Position numbers and translations under genes: made by a program. From Selaginella moellendorffii (taxonomy: Eukaryota > Plantae > Lycopodiophyta), in NCBI RefSeq assembly GCF_000143415.4, contig NW_003314321.1, forward strand, positions 568,236-632,235: DNA of 64,000 bases, written 5' to 3'. The notes beneath the pieces are model-generated. The model ran no database searches, was not told the origin of the DNA, and saw nothing but the letters and a program-made list of their open reading frames with translations. Shown here piece by piece: positions 13,601 through 24,120 of this stretch (position 1 is its first letter; each line of letters begins with the position of its first letter).

Positions 13601-15608
13601 TAGGTTTGACATTGAGTTTCATTAGTCTTGACGAAGATAGTGTTGATGATTTGGCTATAGCTTTGTGTTATTGGCATTCGTGCATTTGCTAGTTAGCAAC
13701 TGTATTGACGTTCAAATGCCCTGAGTGGCAAGTTGAGTTAGTGGTGTTCTAGACGAGATTATTTAGTAAGGGTTAAGCTTTGGCTTTTCCTTGAAAAGTG
13801 ATTCAGTCGTGGACTATGCTAACTCTACAAGCGGAAGAGTTAGTGATCGATATTGGAAAGTTTGAATCTTTATTGGGTTTGAGTTGGAATATATCGATCA
13901 TTAATGATTCTTCTTGTGCTTGTTATGAAGTGAATTACGTCTTGCTATAGATGGATTCATGGAGGATCGTTTGGTGATCACTTGTCAAACATAGCTTCGT
14001 TATGCTTAACTTTTGGATTGATGCAGATATGCTCTTCATTAGCTTTGGCATTATGAAGTTTAGCTTATGGATGTGTTGAAGAGAATATTGTGGGTTATAC
14101 CATGCTTTCTTCTTTGGCATTGAAGTTAGTTCATGCGAGACTTATGATCATTACTAAGCATGACTTGGCTATAGACTTCTTCGAACTTTTGGTTCTTTGA
14201 GTTTTATGCTCATTATTCCATTTGGTAGAAGTTGTTGGGGAAAGCATTTTTGCTCGTTAGTTTCGATGTTGAAATTGGCTTTTGCATCTGGCAATCATTG
14301 GTGATGATTGACTATCATCTAGGATAGTTACTTATTTTTGTCAAAAGGTTTTGTTTGATTATTGTCGATATGGAATGATTTGTCATTCTTCGGGATGGTA
14401 GATTCTTTCTTCAACAATGATTATGCATCTCTTTATTGATGGGATGATTGATGATCTTTCGTGATAGTTGTTCTCCTTGATAGCTTATGGCTTTTTGCAA
14501 TACTACAAGTTTTTTGTGGTTTGCTTTGGATTGGTCTCTTGGGTTTGAGACATCAATAGGATGTTGCTGACACTTGCTTGAGCAACTCTGGTTCCTTGGT
14601 ATTGTTGACCGGGATCTATTTAGATTGACTTCTGCGGTAGTTGGCATGAACAAGTGTTTGTTGGTTTTACCATATTCATTCTGTTCTGTTAATTATTGCT
14701 TGAATTAGTTCTAATAGATTAGGATGTTATTTCCTTCGGGTGATACATTCGCGAGCATTTTGCTTGCTTGTCGATGATACTTGGTGTTCTATGAGTTCCC
14801 TTTTCTAAGTTGTTGGCTTACTGTCTGCTATCTTCGGTAGTTAAATTTTATCATTAAGTTTCCTTGATGATATACTTGCTATTGGATTTTATGGGATGGT
14901 GAATCCTATGTTTACCAACTATGATGATCTTGGTGGTTCCTATACTCTACAATAGTAGTTTATCGGATGATAACTTACTTGGAATACTTTTGTGTTCTAA
15001 TCTAAGATTTAATCACTGGTAATTAAGTCTCTCAGATATCATTATCTCTGACTTTGATAATGTCCATCTATTGATCTTTGAGTTTGGGCCAGTAATGGGC
15101 AGACTGGCTTCGGCACTTCGTGTGCATGGTGAAATCTCTAGTCATGGGGTAGCTACTATAGACTGGTCACATAACCCGCCTCTTTGTCGATGTTCCTTAT
15201 TCTGTTGAAAGGGCGTGACTGTGTAAACAACTCTAACTGCCTGTTTACAGTAGTCTATCTAAACCTTACCGACGGGTTTGGTTTCTTTGCTCAGGAGGGT
15301 TAGGGCCCCTGGCTCCTCTCTCTATGTCTCTGCGGGCAGGGCATATCACACTTTTGTAAGCTGGATGACAACCAGAGCAGCAAGGGTGGCTGACTCCATT
15401 GGTCATTTCCTTGTCGGCGACGGCCGGAAGGTGTCTGAGCTGGTAGCGCATCCACGTTAGACAAAGAGGTTACCCCTAACTCATTTAAGTTGGTGCATTT
15501 CTCACATAGTGTGAGTACCGTGAACTTTTTCTGGAGTTGTTTCCTTGGCGGTATTCTAGACTCGAGTATGCATCGACGAGGACGTCGATCTTCCCAAGGG
15601 GGGGAGAG

Positions 15609-16738
15609 TGTTGCGAATATGACTTCGGGTATCGAAAGTTACCTGTTGGCTAGTCCTTTCGGATATTCTTTCCTTACTGTCACAATGGCAGGAGGTCGGT
15701 ATTGCTGGACCCGTTATCAGTTCCCACTTGAGCTAGTTGAGAAACTGGTCAATGAACATGCACTTAGATTGGATAAACATAAGGTAGGAACCCTATGTGT
15801 TTCTTGCTGAGCATACTCGGCCTAGTTTGAGAAACTTGAGTCATTGGCTTGCACTTGCTAGTATCAAGAACCCCCGTGATATTGAGATTGGTCCCTCAAT
15901 ATCGCTAGATGATAGCTTACCGTGTCTGCCAAACACCCTCGCTATCATGCCCTTTGTGTTAGTCTCATTTCGGTCCCAAATACTATTTATGGAAAGTGTC
16001 CAGATTTGCTCATTTGGCATATCTACGAAATGTAGAGATCATCCTGAACACAATGGTGTTCGTCCCGTGTCCAAATTCGCAATCTAGGGATATTCCATAT
16101 TTAGTAAGTTTCGAGCTTGTCCCAGAGACTAACTCCTGATACTAAGGGAGGCTTGGGGTGAAAGCCCAAAGCGTGTGTTCCTCAAGGGGGGGGGGGGGGC
16201 TGTGGGGGGTTCCAAATTGTATAGTAGGGATAGTGGGTAGGTCGGGCATGGCCGACCAACCTGAGGCATAGTCTAGCGCCCGCTTGCGTGCCTGTCCTTG
16301 TTCTGCATTCGGCTTGGGTCTAAGCCCAAGTTCCATTCCATGCTAGCTGGTGGAGTACCCTCGCGTTAGGCCATCGGTATGCCGAAATAGCGCCAGACTC
16401 TGTTTGGCTCCGTTTTGCGTGCTGGTCCTGGCATTGGGATGCTGGTTACTCTAGGACTGTTCCAAGTCGCTTCGGGCTCCTGTCCCTTCGCTCCTTGGGC
16501 TTTATGCTCGGGAGTTGCTCCGTGGTTCGGTTCCATCATTCCTTGGCTCCATGCTTGGGAGTTTGGCACCGTTCCCTCGTTCAGTGGCCCAAGGCCCTGA
16601 ACCTCGGGTTCCTATGGACACGTGGCATGTAACATGTGGCATCTGTCACGTGGCACAAAGAGGGTTTAGGTTCCGCTTCGTGGTGTTATCCTATGGTAAA
16701 TCACCATAGGATAAAGGGTCAAAACCATGTGCGCTACA
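15609..16738 (+). repeat. 3' LTR (1130 bp)
   Basis: Preceded by PPT, followed by TSD ATTAT. Confidence 0.93.
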
Positions 16739-17072
16739 ATTATCAACTGAGTTTGATTGTTCAATTGCAATCACATACCATCGAACAATTGCACCAACTG
16801 CTACTCCAGAGTCAAAGGAGGAAAAGATTGTTATTTTGCCATGAAGATGAATGAAAAAGAAAAAGCAAAAGAAATGAATGAAAAATAATTAAAAGGAAAG
16901 GGAGATCTAGACAATGCAAAAGCTAGATCTAAACCAAAATCCTAAAAGGAAATAACAAAAGAAAGGAAATGGAAAAAACTAAATCTAGATGATATAAAAG
17001 TTAGATTTAAACCAAAATCCCAAATTTAAACACTCCTCAAACACAATCAAAAGTGCCCCTCACCTCCACCAA

Positions 17073-17247
17073 TATGAGTGCATGGAATATGGAAAGGGAT
17101 ATAAAAAATATACATATCAATTAGCCCAAAAATCCTAGCTTATATACAAAAGCGAGTGGTCCAAATTGAAATTAATCCGACAACTACTAAAATCCCACTA
17201 TGTTAGTATTAATATATGGCATCATAACTATATACTTAAACCTCACA
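17073..17247 (-). repeat. 5' LTR of the outer gypsy element; PBS at ~17054-17071
   Basis: tatgagtgcatg...cctcaca; adjacent minus-strand TGGTGGAGGTGAGGGGCA resembles the complement of a tRNA-Ala 3' end (UCCACCA). Confidence 0.75.
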
Positions 17248-17262
17248 TATATATACATATAC

Positions 17263-17311
<49 letters not shown>
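17248..17311. repeat. Compound microsatellite (TA/TACA)n-(GA)n
   Basis: Directly visible. Confidence 0.95.
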
Positions 17312-17314
<3 letters not shown>

Positions 17315-18225
17315 GTGATAAATCCCAATTACAAGAGTGATCCTTAAGATTATCTGTTTGTGTGAAGAAGAAAAAAGGTCATAATTAGAACCTTTTTTAA
17401 AGTACTGAAGCTACCAATTGTTAAGGGAAACTAGTGATGGCTAAACTTGATGATCCAAGGCTAGTTAAGTCTCTACTCTACTTCTGCTCAGTGAGGATGT
17501 CGCTGGGCCTCATGCCCGCAACTCTTATCATGTTTCGCAACTATGAAATGGACCTGCAGCAGCTTCAAATCTGAAAACCATTGAGGTGTGAAGTTTTCAA
17601 GGAAACACCAAATGGTTTGTTTGATTGTATTGTTTCAGGTAAAGGATGCTGATGTCGACGTGATCTTTGCGAAAAAAAAGATCACCAATTTCACAACTTT
17701 GACAGGAGCGTGCATTATAGCATGGGGCAAAGTTGTTTAAGACATTCCAACTCTATAGCAAAACAGGCATGACTCCCAGTGACAAGCTTTATTCCAAGGT
17801 GAAAGATGGTAGATGCCAATGGATGAGAGCTAATGAAAATTGGAATCACGAACATGGTGAACATGGGTGGACGTTCAGGCAGGTCAATAATCGCGTCACT
17901 CTTCTTGAAACACGTATCTTTTGTTTTGTTCTTTTGCAAGAAAACTCATCAAAATCTTACTCAACTATAAACTAACCTCTTATATATAAACGACGCGGCA
18001 AGCGGTTCACAACCCACTGTTTCTTGCAACTGCGTAACACCATTGTTGCCTTGACAATGCAAGTGAAGCAAGAGGCCAACATGAGAGAAAAGCTAAGCCA
18101 GCAAAAGGAGAACAGCTCCTTCTTGGGAGGTGTGCTTCACTCTGTGTTCCTTTTCTGTCATGATTTTATTCCTCTTGTTTCCTCCAGCTTCCCAGGCAAA
18201 CACTCGGCAGCCACACCAAAATCTT

Positions 18226-18910
18226 GTAGCCCTAGCAGTAATTCTTACGTGTAGCATTCTCCCATCTTCCAGGGGACTCGCACATGCTCCCAGAATGCTG
18301 GAGAAAGTGTATATATCCGGTGTCCAGTGGAACAAAGAAAATGCGTCCTTGTCATGTCCATAGAGAGTGTAAGCAGCGATCACACTTTGCATACATGGTG
18401 ATGAGAGCGTTTCTCACACTTATGTTTCCAAAGTGCTCGCTCTCAAGTATGTGCTTGCCGTTGAGCAAGAAATCCGGACAGGGCAAGCTCCAAGGATTGC
18501 GGCATACGTGAAAGCATCTGGCTCCAGCCCCTGCAATCGCATCTTCCAGTAAGTATCAAGAGCCATATCATCGCAGTCACCGAGATAAAGCTCCCATGTA
18601 CCGAAAGGCCTCCTCTAGGCACCCGGACTTCGCGGAGAGATGGATCAGAGACGTGGCTACCACCACGTCTTTCTCAAATCCAAGCTCCTCGGCTTTTCAC
18701 TGGACCATTCTCCCTTATTCCACGTCCAAAAGTTTCGTGCATGTCGCCAGGACGCTGGAGAGGGTGTAAGCGTCGCTTTTCTCACCATCTCCTTGTAAAC
18801 TTCCAGTGCCTCTTGGTACATTGCGTTCTGGACGTAGCACTCGACGAGGATGTCCAGGAGAAGGTGTTCCGCTGATTGATTCGATCGAAAACCTGGCAGC
18901 CATCCTCGTG
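18226..18910 (-). pseudogene. Deletion-riddled copy of the middle of the PPR-DYW gene (source ~3100-3950)
   Basis: Long near-identical blocks (e.g. cacactttgcatacatggtgatgagagcgtttctcacacttatgtttccaaagtgc) separated by many short deletions. Confidence 0.9.
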
Positions 18911-19160
18911 CTCAACACCTCATCTATTTGGCTCGAAAGAATGCAAGCCCTTGTGAACTCGCACCCGGATAAGTGAGTGAAACGAATGGCGGCAGTGAGC
19001 AGTCTGGCCGCGCTACAATGCTGATAATGTCGAGTGAAGCCTCAAACAGCTCGTGTGCTTCTGCGAAGGCTGCCACCATTGATGTGCAAAGCAACGAACT
19101 TCACTCTTGGCGCTCTCGCATTTTCCAATTGACGTGAAGCTCATCACCTTGTTTTCCCAC

Positions 19161-19952
19161 TTATCCTAAAGAAAGAGATGAAATTGTAATAAATCCCAAC
19201 ATTGCTGATGAAAGTCCCTGGCTTGCATAGGAATGTGCCTCCGAGATGTAAATGGAGCTATTTTGTGCATCATAGCGAAGAAACCATGTATTCACATAGT
19301 TTGATAGGAATCCAAACCGAAGATTATTTTTATCTAAATACCATGCAATTTGACCAATGATATGGTAATAAGGTCCTCCGGTTGGATGAGGATTCCTCTT
19401 CCCCAGATGGGGCTTTGGATGATGTTGTTCCCATTTTTCATGCAATTCGTCATATGAGCTCACATAAAGTGCATTCAACGTTTTCATTTCACCAGGAGAT
19501 ATTGGTTGCCACATTCCATTTTGCAATGCACAAGCTAGCAAATGGTCAGGCATGCCTTTGAAACTGCGGTCAAGAGATCTGACAGATCTGAACGAGCTCC
19601 GTTGCAAAGGCATTTCATAAACATGCTGTAAAATCAGTGAAGCCACCTCTAACACTTGTGTAAGTGCGCTTTGAAGGCATATTTCCTGGACAGCATGCAC
19701 AGTGTGCTGATTAAAAGCAGGGATCCCAATGGTGTTGTCTGGATCCAAGATCAGCAACGTTTGTTGCTTCAATTGGTCAAAGTCTACCCACCTGACCATG
19801 CTTTTTGGAAAGGTTTTTGCGGAGTCTCTTTTATGCGTTGATCGATTCATATCCGGAGCAATATCAACATGAGGCAATCTTCCCAAAACGATCTCTCGAA
19901 TTGTTTTTTGCTCAGATAGTGGCCATCTCTGAAGAAGCGGAGCCCAATCCAT
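19161..19952 (-). CDS. Restriction-endonuclease-fold (PD-(D/E)xK) protein resembling CR-REase domains of Crinkler-type effectors
   Basis: Open frame from MDWAP (ATG 19952); GMPDHLL...PGEMKT...IIGQIAWYLDKNNLRFGFLSNYVNTWFLR fits the PD..ExK..Q...Y......G.L..Y...WF pattern. Confidence 0.65.
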   Translation of the reverse strand: MDWAPLLQRWPLSEQKTIREIVLGRLPHVDIAPDMNRSTHKRDSAKTFPKSMVRWVDFDQLKQQTLLILDPDNTIGIPAFNQHTVHAVQEICLQSALTQVLEVASLILQHVYEMPLQRSSFRSVRSLDRSFKGMPDHLLACALQNGMWQPISPGEMKTLNALYVSSYDELHEKWEQHHPKPHLGKRNPHPTGGPYYHIIGQIAWYLDKNNLRFGFLSNYVNTWFLRYDAQNSSIYISEAHSYASQGLSSAMLGFITISSLSLG

Positions 19953-20400
19953 CGAGCGGCACAAAGAAAACAGATCAAGAGCAATCGGTTCTTGGCATCT
20001 TTGGTAAACGAGCACTGGCCTGATCGCTCACAGCTCCTGGCATCTTTGGCGGCGCTAGATACTCCCAGAACGCATCCGATGAAGAACTCAAGCCTTCCAA
20101 TGGATCACCGGCATCAGATGTCCCCTTTCCGGCTATTGCAACCAAATCCGAGCTCCTGCGCGGGCAAGATTGATTGAGGAACCTCAAATCCGAGCTACTC
20201 TGCGTGCAAGATTGATCGGTCCTTCACTGCTTACGCTCTAGCCAGAGCAACCAGACACAAAGATTGTTCCTTTAGAGCAACCCGGCTGCCATGAGCCACC
20301 GCGCGTTCGCCGGGAACAAAGATTGCTTCTTTAGTGTTGCTGTTGCTCCAGGAAGAAGCCCCGACATAAGCTCACCACATCTCGATCTCCCGCTCAGGGT

Positions 20401-20547
20401 CAGGATCCCGGAGGCCTTAAGGCGCTTCCTTGTGCTAGCCACAAGCTTATGCTGGATCCCGAAGGCCTTAAGGCGCTTCCTTTTGCTAGCTACAAGCTTG
20501 AGCAGGATCCGGAGGCAAGGATCTTCCTTGTGCTAGCTACAAGCTCG
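20401..20547. repeat. Three imperfect ~50-bp tandem repeats
   Basis: Unit ggatcccg(g/a)aggccttaaggcgcttcctt(g/t)tgctagc(c/t)acaagctt. Confidence 0.85.
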
Positions 20548-20774
20548 CGTTTCCTTGCTGATCAAGCGAGCCAAGCATACATTGCATCAACGCAACGGAA
20601 ACAGAGCACTTTAGCATACATTTTTATCCGCGCAGCAGAGAGACACCTCTGTATCTTGTCAAGCCGCGAACACCGTCATTTCCAGTAGAACGCGCGCCCG
20701 AGAGAGTGAAAACTGCCCCAAAATCCCGGGGAAGAGCGATGAAGTTTCAAGTTTTGTTGGAGTGTTTTTGTTTT

Positions 20775-21115
20775 AATCGGGGCCGTCTGATCCTGGCGAT
20801 CCGACGGCTGTGAGGCTTTCCGATGGGAGCTCCTAGGGCTTGTGAATGAAACACCCGCTCGCCCTCAATCCATCTCCGTGTTTCTCCTACTTGTGCCAGA
20901 TCGCGATGCAAATCCACCTCGTTTTTAACTTCCAGGAGGGCGAGAGGCAGAGACAGCTGCCAGTTTTCAACGCTGGAGAGGTCGCTCACCCTCATTCTCA
21001 AGAGTGGTGCCAAGGGCCTCCTCCGGATTTATGGAAGAGATGCCCGATCGAAAGCAGGGAATGTTCTTTCCCAGTAAGGTGTGAGCTTCTTTTATTTTCT
21101 CTTGTAACGCTCTTG
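20775..21115 (+). pseudogene. Heavily deleted copy of the formin 5' region
   Basis: ccagatcgcgatgcaaatccac, tttaacttccaggagggcgagagg, ccggatttatggaagagat and intron 2 sequence match the formin gene in inverted orientation. Confidence 0.75.
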
Positions 21116-21129
21116 TGTGGATCGCTGTA

Positions 21130-22205
21130 CAATGACCGCTGTATCATACTGGCGATGGCGATCTTCGCGATCTTCATCAGGCCAAGAGCGTCTTTGATCG
21201 AATGCCCGAGTGGAACACTATCTCCTCTGGGATCCAGCGGAGAAGTCGAGGCCTGCAGAGGAGATGTTTGAGCTGCGAGCCAGAGGAGAGCTCCGGGACG
21301 TCGTGACTTGGAACTCGATGATCGCGTCCAAGCGGAAGTCTTCTTCACGACGAACTGGAGCGCTTGCTTGATCTTCGCTCGGATGCGGACTTGAGTTGCT
21401 GCTCATCTGACATGCCGCAGCTTGGAAGATGCTCGCAAGTCCTTCGAGAAGAGCTCTGCCACCACTAGTGTCAGATCCTGGACTGCCTTGATTGGAGCGT
21501 TCGTGGCAAACGACTCAAGCCGGTTGAGAGCTTCCACAAGATGGTGCCAGAAGGCGTCCACTTCGACAAGGTGGCGGTGCTGAGCGGCCTGGAAGCCTGC
21601 TCTGGAGCCAGCAGAGGAGAGCTGCTCCATTGCTATGCGGTTGAGAGAGGCTGGCAAACGGACGTCTTGGTCGGGACCGCGGCGCTCAACATGCATGTCA
21701 AGTGTGGGAGATTCGAGCAGTCGAAGCTCGTCTTCGATGCCTTGCCGGAGAAGAGCCTCGTGTCCTGGTGTCGAGCTATGACGGGAGCGGACGGCGCTGA
21801 GCATGGACTTGGCCGGCCTGGGAATGGACGGTGTCGCTCTGCCTTGCATCTTCGACGTGCGCGCGGCCTGCACAGCTCTCTCGGACGGCAGCGCTGTCTA
21901 CTCGAGCGTCGAGGCGAGCGGCGAGAAGCTCGATGTCACTGCTGGAGCAGCCGCCATCAACATGTATGGAAAATGCGGAGATGTGTCGAGCGCGGCGGAG
22001 ATCTTCTCCCAGTACCGGGCCTGGGAGTGGAGTTTGGTGCTCTCCACGACCATGGTGGCGGCCTTTGCTCGAAACGGACATGGCCGACGAGCTCACGAGC
22101 TGTTGGAGTTGATTGAGAGTAGAACTGGACGTTGTCAGCTTCACCACCATTCTTGCTGCGTGTAGCGCTGCCGGGCTGCTCCACGATGGCCACGGGTACT
22201 TTGTT
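21130..22205 (+). pseudogene. PLS-PPR pseudogene, copy A (inverted relative to 31190-32420)
   Basis: [37 protein letters not shown]; frameshifted. Confidence 0.85.
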
Positions 22206-22214
22206 TCCCAACTT

Positions 22215-22830
22215 TGTTACGGCAAGGAGTGCTGATGCATGTGAATTTTGCGTGATGACTTCCGTGGGCGAATCTGGCAAGGGGTTCTCGGCAACATCCG
22301 CTGGGAAGTTCCGTCGATGAACTTCTCGCAGAGCGTGGGCCGAGAGCCGCCATAATAGCTCCACAAATCTAGAGAAGGAAAAACCAAAAAAATTCAATCA
22401 TAGGAAGCACGGAGGCAAAACAAGACCCACCTCTGACCACAGCATGTAGCTAGCGAGGAAACCCGAGAGCTACTCCGAGGTAAAGCCCCTTGAGCCTCTA
22501 GCTCGTTGATAAGACGCTGGACAATCTGCAAAGAAAGAAATTTCCATCCCTTTGAGGACTCTCACACGAAACGGAAACACAGCGAAAGCATGCGTATCAC
22601 TGTACTTTCCGGAAGTCGCAAGAGTGTGCCGCGTCGAAAATTGGCCAGACACCGGCGAAATCCTGCGAGATCGAGAGCGCCTCAACTCAACCTACATTCT
22701 CGCCTTCTTCCTCACCTTGGCGGCGAGGAGAAAATGTAGCAGGGCTTGGAATGCGCGCCTTGCCCTAGAATGCTGGCATCCCGTAGCTTCCATCTCCGTC
22801 TCCTTGTCGCGGATCACATCCTTCTTGCAG
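22215..22830 (-). pseudogene. AUG6: Augmin subunit 6 (HAUS6) fragment, copy A
   Basis: [32 protein letters not shown]; introns retained. Confidence 0.8.
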
Positions 22831-22959
22831 AGAAGACCGCCAACATCCATCACCGCTCAAAGCAAAACATCAAGCAGCGTGTCCCTAGCAAAGACTCAGT
22901 GCAAAGCCAAAGAGTCCCTGGATGATGTGGCGATTAAAAAATGGTTGAAGGGAGGAATG

Positions 22960-24050
22960 GTTGTTTAATTCGGACCGTTTGATCTATGCGGTCCGACGGC
23001 TGTGAGGCCGTTCTCTCTCCAGAACTGGATCAGATCTCTGGAGCTCCTAGGGTTCGTGGCTTTGTGTCGCATGGCGGCTGCCTGTGCGATCGAGGTGAAA
23101 ATTCTCTGGGGCGTGGAGAATCCAGGCGCTCGTCATTGCATGGGAGAATGTTTTCCGCCGATTTCTCTACAGGAGGCCCCCCGTGGAGATATCCGAGAGC
23201 TTTCCCTCATACATTCCAATCTCCATTCCCAGCGCATTCACCCATTCTTTTGTGAATCCAGTCTTTGACTCGTGTTTCTCCGCGGACGTCTTCGAGGAGG
23301 AGACTTACAAGCTCTACTTGCGCCAGATCGCGATGCAAATCCACGAGCAGTTCCCCGATTCGTCCTTCCTCGTCTTTAACTCCCCGGAGGGCGAGAGGAA
23401 GAGCCAGCTGACAGAGATGTTATCGCACTACGATATGACGGTGATGGATTATCCACGCCGCTACGAGGGCTGCCCGATTCTTCCCATGGAGATGATCCAT
23501 CACTTCCTGCGATCCAGCGATAGTTGGCTCTCGCTCGAGGGGCAGCAAAACATCGTCTGATGCACTGCGAGAGGGGGGGATGGCCGCTGCTGGCGTTCAT
23601 TCTCGCCAGCTTTCTCATCTACAGGAAGATGTACACGGGCGAATTCAAGACGCTCGATATGCTCCACCGGGAGGCTCCAAAGGGATTGATGCAGCTGCTC
23701 ACTCCTCTCAATCCGATGCCATCGCAGCTGAGATATCTCTAGTACGTTGCTAGAAGGAACAACACTCCAGAGTGGCCACTCCCGGATCGCTCGCTCAGCC
23801 TCGACTGCCTCATTCTCAAAGTGGTGCCAGCTTTCGATCCGGACGAGGGGCCGGAGTTATGGAAGAGATCCCCGATTGAAAGCAGGGAACAGGACGACGA
23901 GGATGCTTTTTGCCTTGGGAAAGATGTCCGGCATTATTGACCGGTAAGGTGGTGAGCTTGTTTTCTTTCTCTTGCTTTGGTCAGTAACGCTCTTGTGTGT
24001 TCCAGACAGATTGTGATGTGATGAAGATCGATGTACAGTGTGCTGTGCAA
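22960..24050 (+). pseudogene. Formin 5' fragment (promoter to start of exon 3), copy A
   Basis: Near-identical to inverse of ~29125-30430 with frameshifts, deletions and retained introns. Confidence 0.9.
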
Positions 24051-24120
24051 GAGCAAATCCAACTCAATGAAATCTACCAAGAAAAACTAGTGAATTCAAC
24101 TCAATGAAATCTAGCAAGAA

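Larger units (their letters stand above)
9478..16738 (+). mobile_element. Young non-autonomous LTR retroelement (LARD-like) with ~5 kb non-coding interior, nested in gag of the outer gypsy
   Basis: LTRs 9478-10627 and 15609-16738 (TGT..ACA), nearly identical; 5-bp TSD ATTAT; PBS TGGTATCAGAG (initiator tRNA-Met) at 10630-10640; PPT AAGGGGGGGAGAG before 15609; no long internal ORF. Confidence 0.93.
4494..17247 (-). mobile_element. Old degenerate Ty3/gypsy LTR retrotransposon hosting two nested insertions
   Basis: Short diverged LTRs at 4494-4661 and 17073-17247; PBS beside the right LTR, purine tract beside the left; minus-strand remnants of gag (9277-9474), RT ([15 protein letters not shown] ~7630-7680), RNase H and integrase (GHMGH..CKAC, FTSAYHP), all with stops/frameshifts; order gag-RT-RH-INT. 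Confidence 0.85.

Noticed and set aside
20775-24050. Gene fragments as retrocopies or as Pack-MULE/Helitron cargo
   Set aside because: Introns and upstream DNA are retained, with no poly-A; no TIR/TSD or clear Helitron ends found by eye, so not supported though not excluded
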